Part shown: piece by piece, positions 1-9,692 of the stretch
Layout of the letters: every line of letters starts with the position of its first letter
Numbering within the stretch: position 1 is the first letter of the stretch
Source of the DNA: an uncultured Candidatus Saccharibacteria bacterium
Lineage (GTDB): Bacteria > Patescibacteriota > Saccharimonadia > Saccharimonadales > JAGQNJ01
Reading direction: 5' to 3'
NCBI GenBank assembly: GCA_964590205.1
Contig: CAZPVO010000004.1
Location: 13,131-77,130, forward strand
DNA: 64,000 nucleotides
Translations under genes and position numbers: made by a program
Notes under the pieces: model-generated
The model's database searches: none
The model's input: only the letters and a program-made list of their open reading frames with translations
What the model was told of the DNA's origin: nothing

Positions 1-148
1 CGTTCTTACGTTGTGTGTTACGTGCATTTCGTTGCAATGCAGGCACTGCTAAGAATACAATCAGCAGAATAACTGCCGCGATGACTAACACGATCATAAC
101 TTCGATGATTGTGAAGCCCTCTTGTCTTTTCTTTAAATTTTGTATCAT
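1..148 (-). CDS. Type IV pilin (prepilin), N-terminal part only; the gene runs off the left edge
   Basis: Not in the ORF track because it is truncated. The reverse strand from the ATG at 148 reads MIQNLKKRQEG/FTIIEVMIVLVIAAVILLIVFLAVPALQRNARNTQRKN. This is a prepilin leader with G-1, F+1, E+5 and a hydrophobic alpha1-N helix. A GGGGG SD lies about 11 nt upstream. The gene is immediately downstream of pilC. Confidence 0.85.
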   Translation of the reverse strand, partial: MIQNLKKRQEGFTIIEVMIVLVIAAVILLIVFLAVPALQRNARNTQRKN

Positions 149-178
149 GCCCGTATGTTCCCCCTTATAGGTTTTGTT

Positions 179-206
179 ATTATGCTTATGCTAGTTATGG
201 TAGTCA
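179..206 (-). promoter_or_regulatory. Candidate sigma70-type promoter for the pilin gene (TGACTA-16-CATAAT)
   Basis: On the minus strand: TGACTA (206..201), 16-nt spacer, CATAAT (184..179). This gives a leader of about 24 nt carrying the GGGGG SD. Confidence 0.35.
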
Positions 207-257
207 CTGACGGTTAAAAATGCAAGCCTTTATAGGCTAGTTATGCACAGGCTCTCT

Positions 258-1484
258 CTAGCCGGTTATACCGATCTTGCCCACCAAACTATAAACCGGC
301 AATAGCACCGCCACCACAATAGTAATGGCGACGAGACCCATAATAATCATTAGCACCGGTTCAATAATAGTTGAGATAGCCCGAATTTCGTTATCGACTT
401 CGCGCTCATAATAATCAGCTGTTTTGCTTAGCATTTGTTCAATCGAACCAGACTGTTCACCGATGTGAAGCATATCTGGCACCAGTGGCAAAAAGTTAGG
501 ATCACCTTTAAGTGAATCTGATAGCGCTTTACCACCCTTTACTTTTTCGGCAGCTGTTTGAATAGAGCGCTCGATGTGCACATTACTGATTGCTCGGCCA
601 GAAATATCCAGCATCTGAATAAGCGGCACACCGCTAGCTACGAGTGTTGAACCCACACGAGTAAAGCGAGCCATGTACACCTTCATAAATAGCCGTCCAA
701 TTGGCCACATACGCATTTTGAGTTTATCAATCACTTCTTTACCAGAGCCGGTTCGTGCCCAGCGACTGGTAAAGAATACGAGGAACCCGATAATAGCAAG
801 TTCGATCCACCAGAATTTAACGGTAAAGTGCGAAAACGCCAGTAGCATTCGGGTTACTAACGGCAGTTGCGCCCCCTGAATGCCCTTGTAAACTTCTTCG
901 ACAGCAGGCAGCACTTTCACAACCATGAAGGTAACAACAGCGGCCATAACCAACAAAACGATGATCGGATAGACCATTGCTCCACGAATTTTGCTTAAAA
1001 TCTCAGCGTCTTTTTCCTGCTGATCAGCAATTCGCTCCAGCGCCTTATCAAGCGTTCCTGAGGCTTCACCAGCTGCTACCAAGTTCACGAACACTTCGTT
1101 AAAAACATCTGGATGGCGGCCCAAAGCTACAGAAAATTGAGCACCGCCTTCAACATCGGTAATAATTTTATTGATAACCACCTGTAGATTCTTGTTTTGG
1201 GTTTGACCAGCCACGTTCCGTAAACTTTGCACCAACGGCAAACCAGCGTTAATAAGAGTCGAGAGCTGCCTCGAGAACAAAACTTTATCTTTAGATTTAA
1301 TACGATGCGTGTATTTGCCGACTAAACCTTTGCTATTACTGTCACCTTTAAGGTTAAGCTCAATCGGCGCTAAACCCTCTTTTTGAATCATTTTCGCAGC
1401 CGTCGACTCATTGTCGGCTTCAAGAGTCGCTTTTACTTTTTCCCCAGTTGAGGGATCGCGAGCAGTGTATTCAAAGGTGAGCAT
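258..1484 (-). CDS. pilC: Type IV pilus platform protein PilC (GspF family)
   Basis: 408 aa with two GspF-type repeats and three TM segments. It shows a typical PilC N-terminus (MLTFEYTARD..G) and a C-terminal LLPVYSL. Confidence 0.93.
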   Translation of the reverse strand: MLTFEYTARDPSTGEKVKATLEADNESTAAKMIQKEGLAPIELNLKGDSNSKGLVGKYTHRIKSKDKVLFSRQLSTLINAGLPLVQSLRNVAGQTQNKNLQVVINKIITDVEGGAQFSVALGRHPDVFNEVFVNLVAAGEASGTLDKALERIADQQEKDAEILSKIRGAMVYPIIVLLVMAAVVTFMVVKVLPAVEEVYKGIQGAQLPLVTRMLLAFSHFTVKFWWIELAIIGFLVFFTSRWARTGSGKEVIDKLKMRMWPIGRLFMKVYMARFTRVGSTLVASGVPLIQMLDISGRAISNVHIERSIQTAAEKVKGGKALSDSLKGDPNFLPLVPDMLHIGEQSGSIEQMLSKTADYYEREVDNEIRAISTIIEPVLMIIMGLVAITIVVAVLLPVYSLVGKIGITG

Positions 1485-1496
1485 TTTTTATGTGTT

Positions 1497-2579
1497 TTAA
1501 CTCCTCATCAAGCGGTCAAGTTCATCCAAATCAACGGCAAAGTTGCGGGCTTCTTCATAGGTAATCGTACCTTTTTGAATAAGTCCGACAAGTGTTTTGT
1601 CCATTGATTGCATGCCAAATTCAGCACCAGTTTGGATGACAGCTTCAAGCTGGTGACTCTTCCCTTCACGGATAATGTTTCGCACGGCTGGAGTGGCTAC
1701 CAAAATTTCTGCTGAAGCAATACGTCCGCCACCAATAGTTGGGATCAGTCGCTGTGAACAGATAGCCATCAAAATGTTAGCCAGTTGTGAGCGAATTTGC
1801 GGTTGTTGATGCGGTGGGAAAACGTCAATCATACGATCAATCGACTGGGCAGCCGAGTTGGTGTGCAGCGTGGCAAATACCAAGTGACCAGTTTCAGCAA
1901 TCGTAATCGCGGCAGCGATCGTCTCAAGGTCGCGCATCTCACCAATCAGCACAACGTCGGGGTCTTCACGCAAGGATGAGCGCAATGCGGCTGAGAATGA
2001 ATATGTATCGTAGTGTACTTCTCGCTGTACAATGACTGCTTTTTTAGACTTATGCGTAAACTCGATTGGATCTTCGATGGTAATAATGTGCTCTGGGCGT
2101 TCAGTATTGATCTTATCGACAAGTGCCGCCAACGTCGTTGACTTACCAGAACCAGTTGGACCGGTTACAAGCACGAGTCCTCGTGGGTATTCGGCAAATT
2201 TGTTAACAATTTGCGGTAGGCCAAGCTGCTCGATGCTCAAAATTTCGTTTGGAATAAGTCGGAGCGCCGCAGCTAAGTTACCTCGTTCGTGAAAGGCGTT
2301 CACACGAAAACGACCTAAATCACCATAGGCAAAACTGAAGTCGAATTCTTTGTCTTTGAGCAAAATTTGCTTTTGATCTTCGTCTAAAATGGCGAAAACC
2401 AGCGTTTCAACGGCCTCTTCATTGAGCACATCTGCCCCTGTTACTGGCGTCAATTTACCATCAACTCGAATCATTGGCGGCAGGCCAACTTGTAAGTGAA
2501 GGTCCGAAGCTTTCTTTTTAACTACTTCATCAAGTAGTGGTTCTATTCGTATTTGTGAATCAGTTTTATTATCTGCCAT
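1497..2579 (-). CDS. pilT: Type IV pilus retraction ATPase PilT
   Basis: 360 aa with Walker A GPTGSGKST, an Asp box, Walker B and a His box (TLHTNSAAQSIDR). Size and motifs are those of PilT. Confidence 0.93.
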   Translation of the reverse strand: MADNKTDSQIRIEPLLDEVVKKKASDLHLQVGLPPMIRVDGKLTPVTGADVLNEEAVETLVFAILDEDQKQILLKDKEFDFSFAYGDLGRFRVNAFHERGNLAAALRLIPNEILSIEQLGLPQIVNKFAEYPRGLVLVTGPTGSGKSTTLAALVDKINTERPEHIITIEDPIEFTHKSKKAVIVQREVHYDTYSFSAALRSSLREDPDVVLIGEMRDLETIAAAITIAETGHLVFATLHTNSAAQSIDRMIDVFPPHQQPQIRSQLANILMAICSQRLIPTIGGGRIASAEILVATPAVRNIIREGKSHQLEAVIQTGAEFGMQSMDKTLVGLIQKGTITYEEARNFAVDLDELDRLMRS

Positions 2580-2588
2580 TTGCTCCCC

Positions 2589-4370
2589 CTAAGCACTATC
2601 TGCGGCTGCGACACGGTCAACTTCGGGTAGCGAAGTTTTACCATCTAAAGCTTTTAAGTAACCATCCTCGCGCATGGTGATCATACCTTGGCTCTTAGCC
2701 ATTTTTTGTATTTCTGCGCTGGTTGCACGTTTGATAACGAGGTCCTGAATTTCTTCAGTAACGTTAAACACCTCGTACAAGCCCATTCGCCCTTTAAAAC
2801 CACCAGGTGCATCGGGACTATCTTTGCCCTTGTACAAAGTATAAGCATTTTCACCCCTGAGTGGCAAGGTTTTATACCCAAGATCTTCGGTCACCTTCTT
2901 CATATCAGCTTGGCTCGCTGGTAAAAGATTGCCGAGAACCTTATGGATCGCTTCTGTTTCGGCGCCTGCAGTTTTATATTCTTCTTTATCTTCAGCAATA
3001 CGACGCACTAAGCGCTGACCAATAACTGTTCGCACTGTGCTGGCGATCAAAAATGGCTCGATACCCATATCAAGCAGTCGAGGCAGGATTCCAGCGGCTG
3101 AGTTGGTGTGAAGCGTACTGAAGACCAAATGGCCCGTTAATGCCGCTTGAACAGCCAGCTGAGCTGTTTCCTTGTCACGAATCTCCCCAACCATAACCAC
3201 ATCAGGATCTTGACGCAAAACTGAGCGCAATCCTGATGCAAACGTCAGGCCAACATCTGCATTTACCTGAATTTGATTCACGCCGCCAACTTTATATTCG
3301 ACTGGGTCTTCCAATGTGACAATATTGATTTCGTCACTCTTGATTTCCTGCAGTAACGCGTACATGGACGTGGACTTACCTGAACCAGTCGGTCCAGATG
3401 TTAGAATCATGCCATTTGGATACTTAATGCCCTCTCGAATCATGCGCAGCGCACGGCCGGTGTAGCCCATATCTTCAAGCTTCAAACTTGTACCAGTTTT
3501 ATCGAGCAATCGAATAATCACCTGCTCGCCCCACACCACCGGTGAGACAGCAATACGAAGGTCAATTTGGCGACCAAAAACCTTAACTGTAAATTGGCCA
3601 TCCTGCGGGATACGGTGCTCATCAATTTTTAGATTCGAGAGGATTTTAATACGAGAGATGATTGGTGGCTCACTGGCCTTTGGCAGTTTCATGGTTTCGT
3701 GCAAAATACCATCAATTCGGCAGCGCACACGCAGTTCTTTTTCGGTTGGTTCAATATGAATATCGCTGGCCCCGTGCGTCGCAGCGTATTCCAAAATAGC
3801 CGTCAGTACTTTACTAACTGGTGAGTCTGTCGAGATTGCCTCTGTCTCTTCTTTATTATTGGTATCAACAACCAGCTTTTCAATTTCTTCTTGGTCATTA
3901 AACGCCCCAGTGACTTCTTTGCTAATACTAGCTTTATATTGATTCAGCACTTTACGGATGCCTTCTTCACTGGCCGCATACACTTTGAGCGGCCGACCAA
4001 TTTTATTGGATAAAAAGTCCGCTGCCTGTACGTTGTCAGCGTCGAGCATAGCTACAACCAGCCGATGTTGCATTTCGCCTAACGGCACTGCCATATAGCG
4101 CTCAGCAATGTCCTGTGGAACCAAACCCAATATTTCGGGATCGATATGTGCATTGCTCAAATTTACGTACGGCAAATCAGTTACGTTGGCGATGGTTTTA
4201 GTTAAAACCTCGTTGGTAATGACACCTTGGTTGACCAAAAATGTCAGAAATGGACTATTTTTAGCATTAGCCTTTTCGTGAAGATCTTTCAGTTTTTCAT
4301 CTGTTAAGACACCACTTTTTACAAGTTGCTGCTCAACTTGTTTTTGAGTCTCGGCTGATAAGACACTCAC
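2589..4370 (-). CDS. pilB: Type IV pilus extension ATPase PilB (GspE family)
   Basis: 593 aa with an N-terminal GspE_N-like domain, Walker A GPTGSGKST and TLHTNSAAG. Confidence 0.93.
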   Translation of the reverse strand: MSVLSAETQKQVEQQLVKSGVLTDEKLKDLHEKANAKNSPFLTFLVNQGVITNEVLTKTIANVTDLPYVNLSNAHIDPEILGLVPQDIAERYMAVPLGEMQHRLVVAMLDADNVQAADFLSNKIGRPLKVYAASEEGIRKVLNQYKASISKEVTGAFNDQEEIEKLVVDTNNKEETEAISTDSPVSKVLTAILEYAATHGASDIHIEPTEKELRVRCRIDGILHETMKLPKASEPPIISRIKILSNLKIDEHRIPQDGQFTVKVFGRQIDLRIAVSPVVWGEQVIIRLLDKTGTSLKLEDMGYTGRALRMIREGIKYPNGMILTSGPTGSGKSTSMYALLQEIKSDEINIVTLEDPVEYKVGGVNQIQVNADVGLTFASGLRSVLRQDPDVVMVGEIRDKETAQLAVQAALTGHLVFSTLHTNSAAGILPRLLDMGIEPFLIASTVRTVIGQRLVRRIAEDKEEYKTAGAETEAIHKVLGNLLPASQADMKKVTEDLGYKTLPLRGENAYTLYKGKDSPDAPGGFKGRMGLYEVFNVTEEIQDLVIKRATSAEIQKMAKSQGMITMREDGYLKALDGKTSLPEVDRVAAADSA

Positions 4371-4385
4371 AGCCTGATCCTTCCA

Positions 4386-4640
4386 TTAGTGGGCATTAGG
4401 GTTGTCAAATGGCTTTGGATTTTGGTTGTCACCAATGGTAATTGGCTGAGTTGGGTCAATAGAATTAGGATTGAAGTATTTCACATCTGGCTTGTTAAAA
4501 TCAGAGGTAATTGGTTCAACCACTTCGACTTTGGTCTTGCGGTTTTTAGGTGGCGAGATAAAAATCTTAGACACAAAATAAGTCACAACTCCGGTGATAA
4601 GCACAATTCCTACAATCAGTATTATGTCTTTTTGCTTCAT
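4386..4640 (-). CDS. Small single-pass membrane protein in the PilP position of the pilus operon
   Basis: 84 aa with an N-terminal TM (IILIVGIVLITGVVTYFV) and a Pro/Asn-rich tail. Its start overlaps the pilO stop by 4 nt. I recognise no family. Confidence 0.65.
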   Translation of the reverse strand: MKQKDIILIVGIVLITGVVTYFVSKIFISPPKNRKTKVEVVEPITSDFNKPDVKYFNPNSIDPTQPITIGDNQNPKPFDNPNAH

Positions 4641-5305
4641 TTCACCTCCTTGGTATCGATTTTCAGATTTTTTGCCGGTTGGTAGTAGGTGACAGCCTTG
4701 ACATCAGCATCAAGCGTATTGTTGCTGCTAGTCAACGTTAACGATTTAACGTTAATTGGCCGGATTGATTTTTCGAATAGCAACATAAGGTCGCGATCAG
4801 AACCAAAGTTACCTTTAACTATGAGGTCAAAGGGCATTTCTACAGGTTGCGGTTTTTGGTTTTGAGTATCCTGAGCAAGCTCATCGTCAGTACCAGTAAT
4901 ACTGCTGACGACGTAGTTTTTGGATGCTAGGACTTTCTCTAAACTTGAAGCCAAGGCTGGATAATCATACTTGCTTGGTAATGCATCAAGCACAATTTTG
5001 GCGTTATCGCCGTCGTGATCACCAGTTCCCTTTGGATTGCCACCAATGATGTTATCTGGGGTACCAACAAAAGCTTGATACGACGTCATTAGTTTTGCAG
5101 ATGCATCAATATTTGCCTTCAATTGGTTAGAAGCCTTGGTTTTTTCTTTGATCACACGAGCTTGATAAGCACGAGTATCTAGTAGCGCCTTGCCAGCAAT
5201 GAGTGAGAATGTCACAACAAATGCAGCACCGGCCACTGTTAATAACATGGTGCTGTTAGCCTTATCAATCTGCAGTCTTTTGCCGGTATTGTTCCCCTTA
5301 GCCAT
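4637..5305 (-). CDS. pilO: PilO-like pilus alignment protein
   Basis: 222 aa with an N-terminal TM, then a coiled coil and an alpha/beta domain. It follows pilN with 1-nt coupling. Confidence 0.7.
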   Translation of the reverse strand: MAKGNNTGKRLQIDKANSTMLLTVAGAAFVVTFSLIAGKALLDTRAYQARVIKEKTKASNQLKANIDASAKLMTSYQAFVGTPDNIIGGNPKGTGDHDGDNAKIVLDALPSKYDYPALASSLEKVLASKNYVVSSITGTDDELAQDTQNQKPQPVEMPFDLIVKGNFGSDRDLMLLFEKSIRPINVKSLTLTSSNNTLDADVKAVTYYQPAKNLKIDTKEVK

Positions 5306-5988
5306 TAGTGTCCCCCGCCGTTAGATTGCGATTGCTGGAATAGATCAGATGGCTTTTCGGTTGTTGAGCGAGTCGTAATAATATTTGGCACGTTGAGCTT
5401 AACTGCGGCCTGATCATTGAAAATAGCTGGATCAAACTTGAAATCAATTTGATACGTGACCCCTTTTTCGGTCTTTGTAAACGAGCTAAGTACAACGTCC
5501 GAGAAGGCTTTTTTGCTCTCAGTGCTGCCATCGACTGTGTATTCAGTAAATTTGATTGTATCGACAAACTTATTAACCGTTGAAAGACTATCGGCATCGC
5601 CGCTAATAGTGATTGTGCTAGCATCAAAATCTATTTTAGCCTGAGAAATCGTAGCGGTTGTCGGCGTAAGCTGACTAACATACCCGAAGAACCGTGAAGT
5701 TACCGGCTTTTGGCCATGAAGATTTGGCAAACTATTAAGCTGATTTTGAATCGTCAACACCTTATCAAGATCTGGTGTGTTTTGCAGCTTAGAAATATTA
5801 GCTTTGATGTCGCTGTTCAGATGTTTGAGGTGTTGTTTTTGTGCCACATTCACAATTAGGAACAAAATCAGCAAAAGTGCCAAAGATGCACCAGCAATAA
5901 TAATCGACGTGCTAACCACCAACTGCTTAGTCTTTTTGGTTTTGATATATTCAAGTTTTACATCTGGTAATAAGTTAAACTGAATCAT
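5305..5988 (-). CDS. pilN: PilN-like pilus alignment protein
   Basis: 227 aa. It has the N-terminal FNLLP motif that binds PilM, followed by a TM helix. It overlaps the pilM stop by 4 nt. Confidence 0.8.
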   Translation of the reverse strand: MIQFNLLPDVKLEYIKTKKTKQLVVSTSIIIAGASLALLLILFLIVNVAQKQHLKHLNSDIKANISKLQNTPDLDKVLTIQNQLNSLPNLHGQKPVTSRFFGYVSQLTPTTATISQAKIDFDASTITISGDADSLSTVNKFVDTIKFTEYTVDGSTESKKAFSDVVLSSFTKTEKGVTYQIDFKFDPAIFNDQAAVKLNVPNIITTRSTTEKPSDLFQQSQSNGGGH

Positions 5989-7025
5989 TCATTTCGCTCC
6001 GCGAGTCCAACAGCAACTCCAAAATTACTTGAAACAGCTAATAGTTCGTTCTGACGATCTTGTGAAAACGACACATTGCGCCAGGCGTTGCCGATTTCGA
6101 CATTCACGTTAAACTTATTGGCGATATACAGCGGGAATTCCGGCAACGTTGAGGCGCCGCCAGTCACGATAATGCGATCAAGTTTTGAATCAGTGTAGCG
6201 AGCTTGGTAGAATTTAATCGATTTATCAATTTCAGCCATTAACAGATCGACCGTAGAGATAATTGCTTGGTAAATCTGCCCTTCCAGCTTGTCTTTATTA
6301 AGACCAAACTTAAAGATGAACTGCTGTGCCTGTTTTTCATCGATATTCAAATTCTGCACAGCTGCTCTAATAATTGATTCTGTACCAGTTGGAATTGAAC
6401 GAGTTAACCGAGGTGCACCGTTCATGGCAATTACAAGATCAGTACTGTTGTTACCGATATCCAAAATCATTGTTGGCGTTGTATTGTCTGCGGATAGAAG
6501 TGCCCGAACTATAGCCAAGTTATCCGGCTCAAATGCAATCACATTAAGGCCTGCCGACTCCAACAGATCAAGTCGTTTTTCGACAAATTCATTAGTGACA
6601 CTGCTGAGCAAAACCTCTGTTTTAGTTTTATCTTTTGGTGAATCACCAAGAACTGCCCAATCAATTTTTGATTCAGCCAACGGAGTTGGAATTAATGAAT
6701 CAGCTTGGAAACGAATTGTTTTGGCGATTTCGGCTGGCGCAAGTCGGTCGACATCAACAACTGTTGTAAACACGCGAGTCGATGGAATACCCACGGCAAC
6801 ATTCCGAGTCGAAACATGTGCCTGAACCAACAAATCTTTCAAAGCCTGCACCAGTTTTTGCTGATCGGCATTTGAATCGCTGACCGCAACTTTCGTATCA
6901 ACAGGTGTATAAGCATATTTAACAAGTTGTTTAACGTTGCCGGCACCGCGCAACTGTACTAATCGGATAGCCGTTGTGCCGATATCCAAACCAAAGAAAT
7001 CACTTACACCAGACATTAAACTCAT
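5985..7025 (-). CDS. pilM: PilM, actin-like pilus assembly ATPase
   Basis: 346 aa with the GLDIGTTAIRLV phosphate-1 motif and an FtsA/PilM-like fold signature (VTGGAS). Confidence 0.9.
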   Translation of the reverse strand: MSLMSGVSDFFGLDIGTTAIRLVQLRGAGNVKQLVKYAYTPVDTKVAVSDSNADQQKLVQALKDLLVQAHVSTRNVAVGIPSTRVFTTVVDVDRLAPAEIAKTIRFQADSLIPTPLAESKIDWAVLGDSPKDKTKTEVLLSSVTNEFVEKRLDLLESAGLNVIAFEPDNLAIVRALLSADNTTPTMILDIGNNSTDLVIAMNGAPRLTRSIPTGTESIIRAAVQNLNIDEKQAQQFIFKFGLNKDKLEGQIYQAIISTVDLLMAEIDKSIKFYQARYTDSKLDRIIVTGGASTLPEFPLYIANKFNVNVEIGNAWRNVSFSQDRQNELLAVSSNFGVAVGLAERNE

Positions 7026-7135
7026 TGTTTTGCTGGCTCCGTGTTTATTTTTAGCGCTATAGTTTTGATCATATTTTATGCCTTTGGTTCCAGCTTGCCC
7101 ACCAAAGAGACTAACCTGGAACTAGCCTTAATCCG

Positions 7136-7166
7136 ATTATAGCATAAGCGTCATACCAGTTGGCAA
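7136..7166 (-). promoter_or_regulatory. Candidate promoter for the pilM operon (TTGCCA-19-TATAAT)
   Basis: On the minus strand a perfect TATAAT (7141..7136) follows TTGCCA (7166..7161), but the spacer is a long 19 nt. The leader of about 105 nt contains a 7-bp hairpin (7082-7088/7101-7107) and a GGAG SD. Confidence 0.3.
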
Positions 7167-7172
7167 CCCCTT

Positions 7173-9692
7173 TTATAAGATTGGCGGCAAACTGGTGATG
7201 TAATCGTATTTAACTTTTGTCGAGCCCGACTTCAATACTGAATTTGGTGTGGCAATATAGTTCTCTGGACCGAAGTCGAAGATCTCGGCAGCGCTATTAC
7301 TGCCAGCCGTGTCATTACTATGAGCTTGGTTTAAGGTACCGAATGCTCGCTGGAATTTAACTTCCTTGGCGATAAACGCACCTGTTACGGTTAGTCGGTT
7401 GGCTGCAGGACTACAGAACGTATACAAATCTGTCGTACTATACAGCCCGTGATTCCCTGGTGCGGCAGTTGGTCCGGGTGCACAGGTATAGATACGGCCG
7501 GTATTATCTGGATCTGCAGGATCCTGTTCAGCAATATAGACGCCATCCAGCTTTGTAACGCTAGCGTTTATATAAATGTTGCCCTTAACGACTAGGTAAT
7601 ACGAAGGAATCGTTGCTTCTGTCCAACCGGCCGTATTAAGCGTAATGTTGTTTTGAATTACGACATCGCCTTGGTACCAATCAACTGGCGAACCACTGAC
7701 GGTTTTGGGACCAATTGTTACTGGACTTGCCCCGCTCAGATGATTTACGCCTGCGTTAGTCGACGTCGATACTTGCGAGAAGTAATCAGTCACACATGCT
7801 TTTGGCGGAATATTAACACCGCCGTATCCCTCGACTTTATTTGAGTCGTAAAGGCTGGCGTTGATATTGCCAATGTTCGCACCACTCGCGTCATTGTAGT
7901 TGCCAAAGGTCAGATCTATTGGCGGTCTGGCTAGGCCATCATTTGTTCGCGGATTATTTAAGTTAGCGCTCGAAAAATGATCTATTTCACCCAAGGCAAA
8001 GGCCGCATATTCAACACCTGCACCTCGCCAATTTTGTTGGCTGGAATTTGCTGATTCAACGCCACTATACGTGAGAATGGTAGCTAGTGGATTGGTTGGT
8101 TGGTCACATGGCACTGTTGTGCCGGCGGCAGTTACAGTATTATCAAATACTGAACCTGCCCGCACGTCATTCCCATAGAAGCTGACATATGGTTTGGTGG
8201 CAAATGTAACTGAGCCTGTGCAACCAGTTTTATTGCCTGCGCTTGGTCCATTCCATGACAATCTATACGTGAAGTTATAGGTCTGCGGTGTAGGACTCTT
8301 GATATTTGGTATTTGAATCGTTCCAGGCGGTCCAGTTCCACTCGTTAGCCCGCTTGGTGCACCAGCAAATGAGTCAACTGTATATTGTGTCGCTGTACTC
8401 GGCAAGCTTGGCGCAGAAGTAAACGAAGCTGTCAGCACATCACCCACTTCTGGAATATTGCCATTCAGCGGATTGAGATTAGCATCCAAAAATTGCAACG
8501 CCGGACAATCCACTGGTGGCGGTGGCGCACAATTTCCTAAAACAAAGCTATCGAGTTTGCTTTGGCCTATTGGATTTCCGGATGGGTCAACGTCCACAAG
8601 ATTGACGTACACCATGTGTTGCTGAGTATCGATATTAAATGGTGTCAGCTCAGAAGTTGGCACATACCACCAGTTATGCCAGTCTTGGTTTGCTACCGGT
8701 GGTGGTGCCGGCGGTTTTGGATTTGGTCCAAATGTTTGTGGCGTGTAATTAGCTACGTGGTAATACGATCCTACTGGTGCAAGATCAAAGAAAGTAGGTG
8801 CCGGTATGCCTGGATACCATGCCCTTTTATCGATAATGACATTAACACCGCTTGGGTAGTAATCCAGGTCTTTAGCCCAACCCGATATTGAGACTCGTTT
8901 TCCAGTGTTGTCCCAGTTATCTGTATTATCAATGCGACAATCGTGATAGGCCGCGCCAGCTGGATTTACATGAACATAAATATACAGATCAATCGGTTGG
9001 TCTGGGCACCCACCAAAATCCCATCCAGCTACTGCTGGCACTGGTGGATAGTTAATACAATCGTACTCATCACGGTGTGGGTTATTAACATTATCAACAA
9101 TGTGGTTGATACCCCTTGCATACACTTTTATATGAATAGTTGTATCCTGCGTAATTCCGTTCGGATCGGCAGTAAGAAAGTTAAAGGGCTTGAGCGCGCT
9201 TGTATAGCTTCCTACATTAGGACCATTATTAAGAATAAGCAATCTACAACCAGGCCAACCCGGGGATCCTTGTGGACAATTGTCAAAACTGGTATTGCCT
9301 GCATAGCTATTATCAGGAAAAGTTACGACAGCGTCACGAACATATAGTTGTGATTGTGGTACAAAATCTGGTGTCGAACAAACTGCACTGGCCCAGTTTA
9401 GTGTGAGTGGAACCGAAGTCGAGCCATACGGCACGTCAACCTGGTTAGCACCATGCACTGTCGGACCACCCAGCCACGGCCAAAATGCCGGGGAAACCCT
9501 GGGGTCAGATCCGTAGTTACAATGTTGTAGCTGGTCTTTCGTATAAGCGCCAATATCATTTGGAACGTTTGGATCAGGAGAAAGATTAAAAAATATAGCA
9601 TGAGCGCTTCTATTGCCAATAGCCATACAGGCAATGAGTGTCAGTAGGAACATGCCTAAGAATTTAAGACCGAATTTAGTGAACATTCGCAT
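7173..9692 (-). CDS. Large secreted Cys-containing protein of unknown family (839 aa from the ATG at 9692)
   Basis: The ORF track starts at a GTG at 9716. The ATG at 9692 has an AAGGAGG SD 5 nt upstream. From that start the product opens with a signal peptide, MRMFTKFGLKFLGMFLLTLIACMAIGNRSAHA/I. It contains PPAPPP and APPPP linkers and a beta-rich C-terminus. Confidence 0.75.
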   Translation of the reverse strand: MRMFTKFGLKFLGMFLLTLIACMAIGNRSAHAIFFNLSPDPNVPNDIGAYTKDQLQHCNYGSDPRVSPAFWPWLGGPTVHGANQVDVPYGSTSVPLTLNWASAVCSTPDFVPQSQLYVRDAVVTFPDNSYAGNTSFDNCPQGSPGWPGCRLLILNNGPNVGSYTSALKPFNFLTADPNGITQDTTIHIKVYARGINHIVDNVNNPHRDEYDCINYPPVPAVAGWDFGGCPDQPIDLYIYVHVNPAGAAYHDCRIDNTDNWDNTGKRVSISGWAKDLDYYPSGVNVIIDKRAWYPGIPAPTFFDLAPVGSYYHVANYTPQTFGPNPKPPAPPPVANQDWHNWWYVPTSELTPFNIDTQQHMVYVNLVDVDPSGNPIGQSKLDSFVLGNCAPPPPVDCPALQFLDANLNPLNGNIPEVGDVLTASFTSAPSLPSTATQYTVDSFAGAPSGLTSGTGPPGTIQIPNIKSPTPQTYNFTYRLSWNGPSAGNKTGCTGSVTFATKPYVSFYGNDVRAGSVFDNTVTAAGTTVPCDQPTNPLATILTYSGVESANSSQQNWRGAGVEYAAFALGEIDHFSSANLNNPRTNDGLARPPIDLTFGNYNDASGANIGNINASLYDSNKVEGYGGVNIPPKACVTDYFSQVSTSTNAGVNHLSGASPVTIGPKTVSGSPVDWYQGDVVIQNNITLNTAGWTEATIPSYYLVVKGNIYINASVTKLDGVYIAEQDPADPDNTGRIYTCAPGPTAAPGNHGLYSTTDLYTFCSPAANRLTVTGAFIAKEVKFQRAFGTLNQAHSNDTAGSNSAAEIFDFGPENYIATPNSVLKSGSTKVKYDYITSLPPIL

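Noticed and set aside
149-257. A sigma54-type promoter (GG-N10-GC) for the pilin gene, as found in some proteobacteria.
   Set aside because: Only GGCTTGCA is present, with the GG and GC elements adjacent rather than 10 nt apart. A sigma70-like TGACTA-16-CATAAT fits better.
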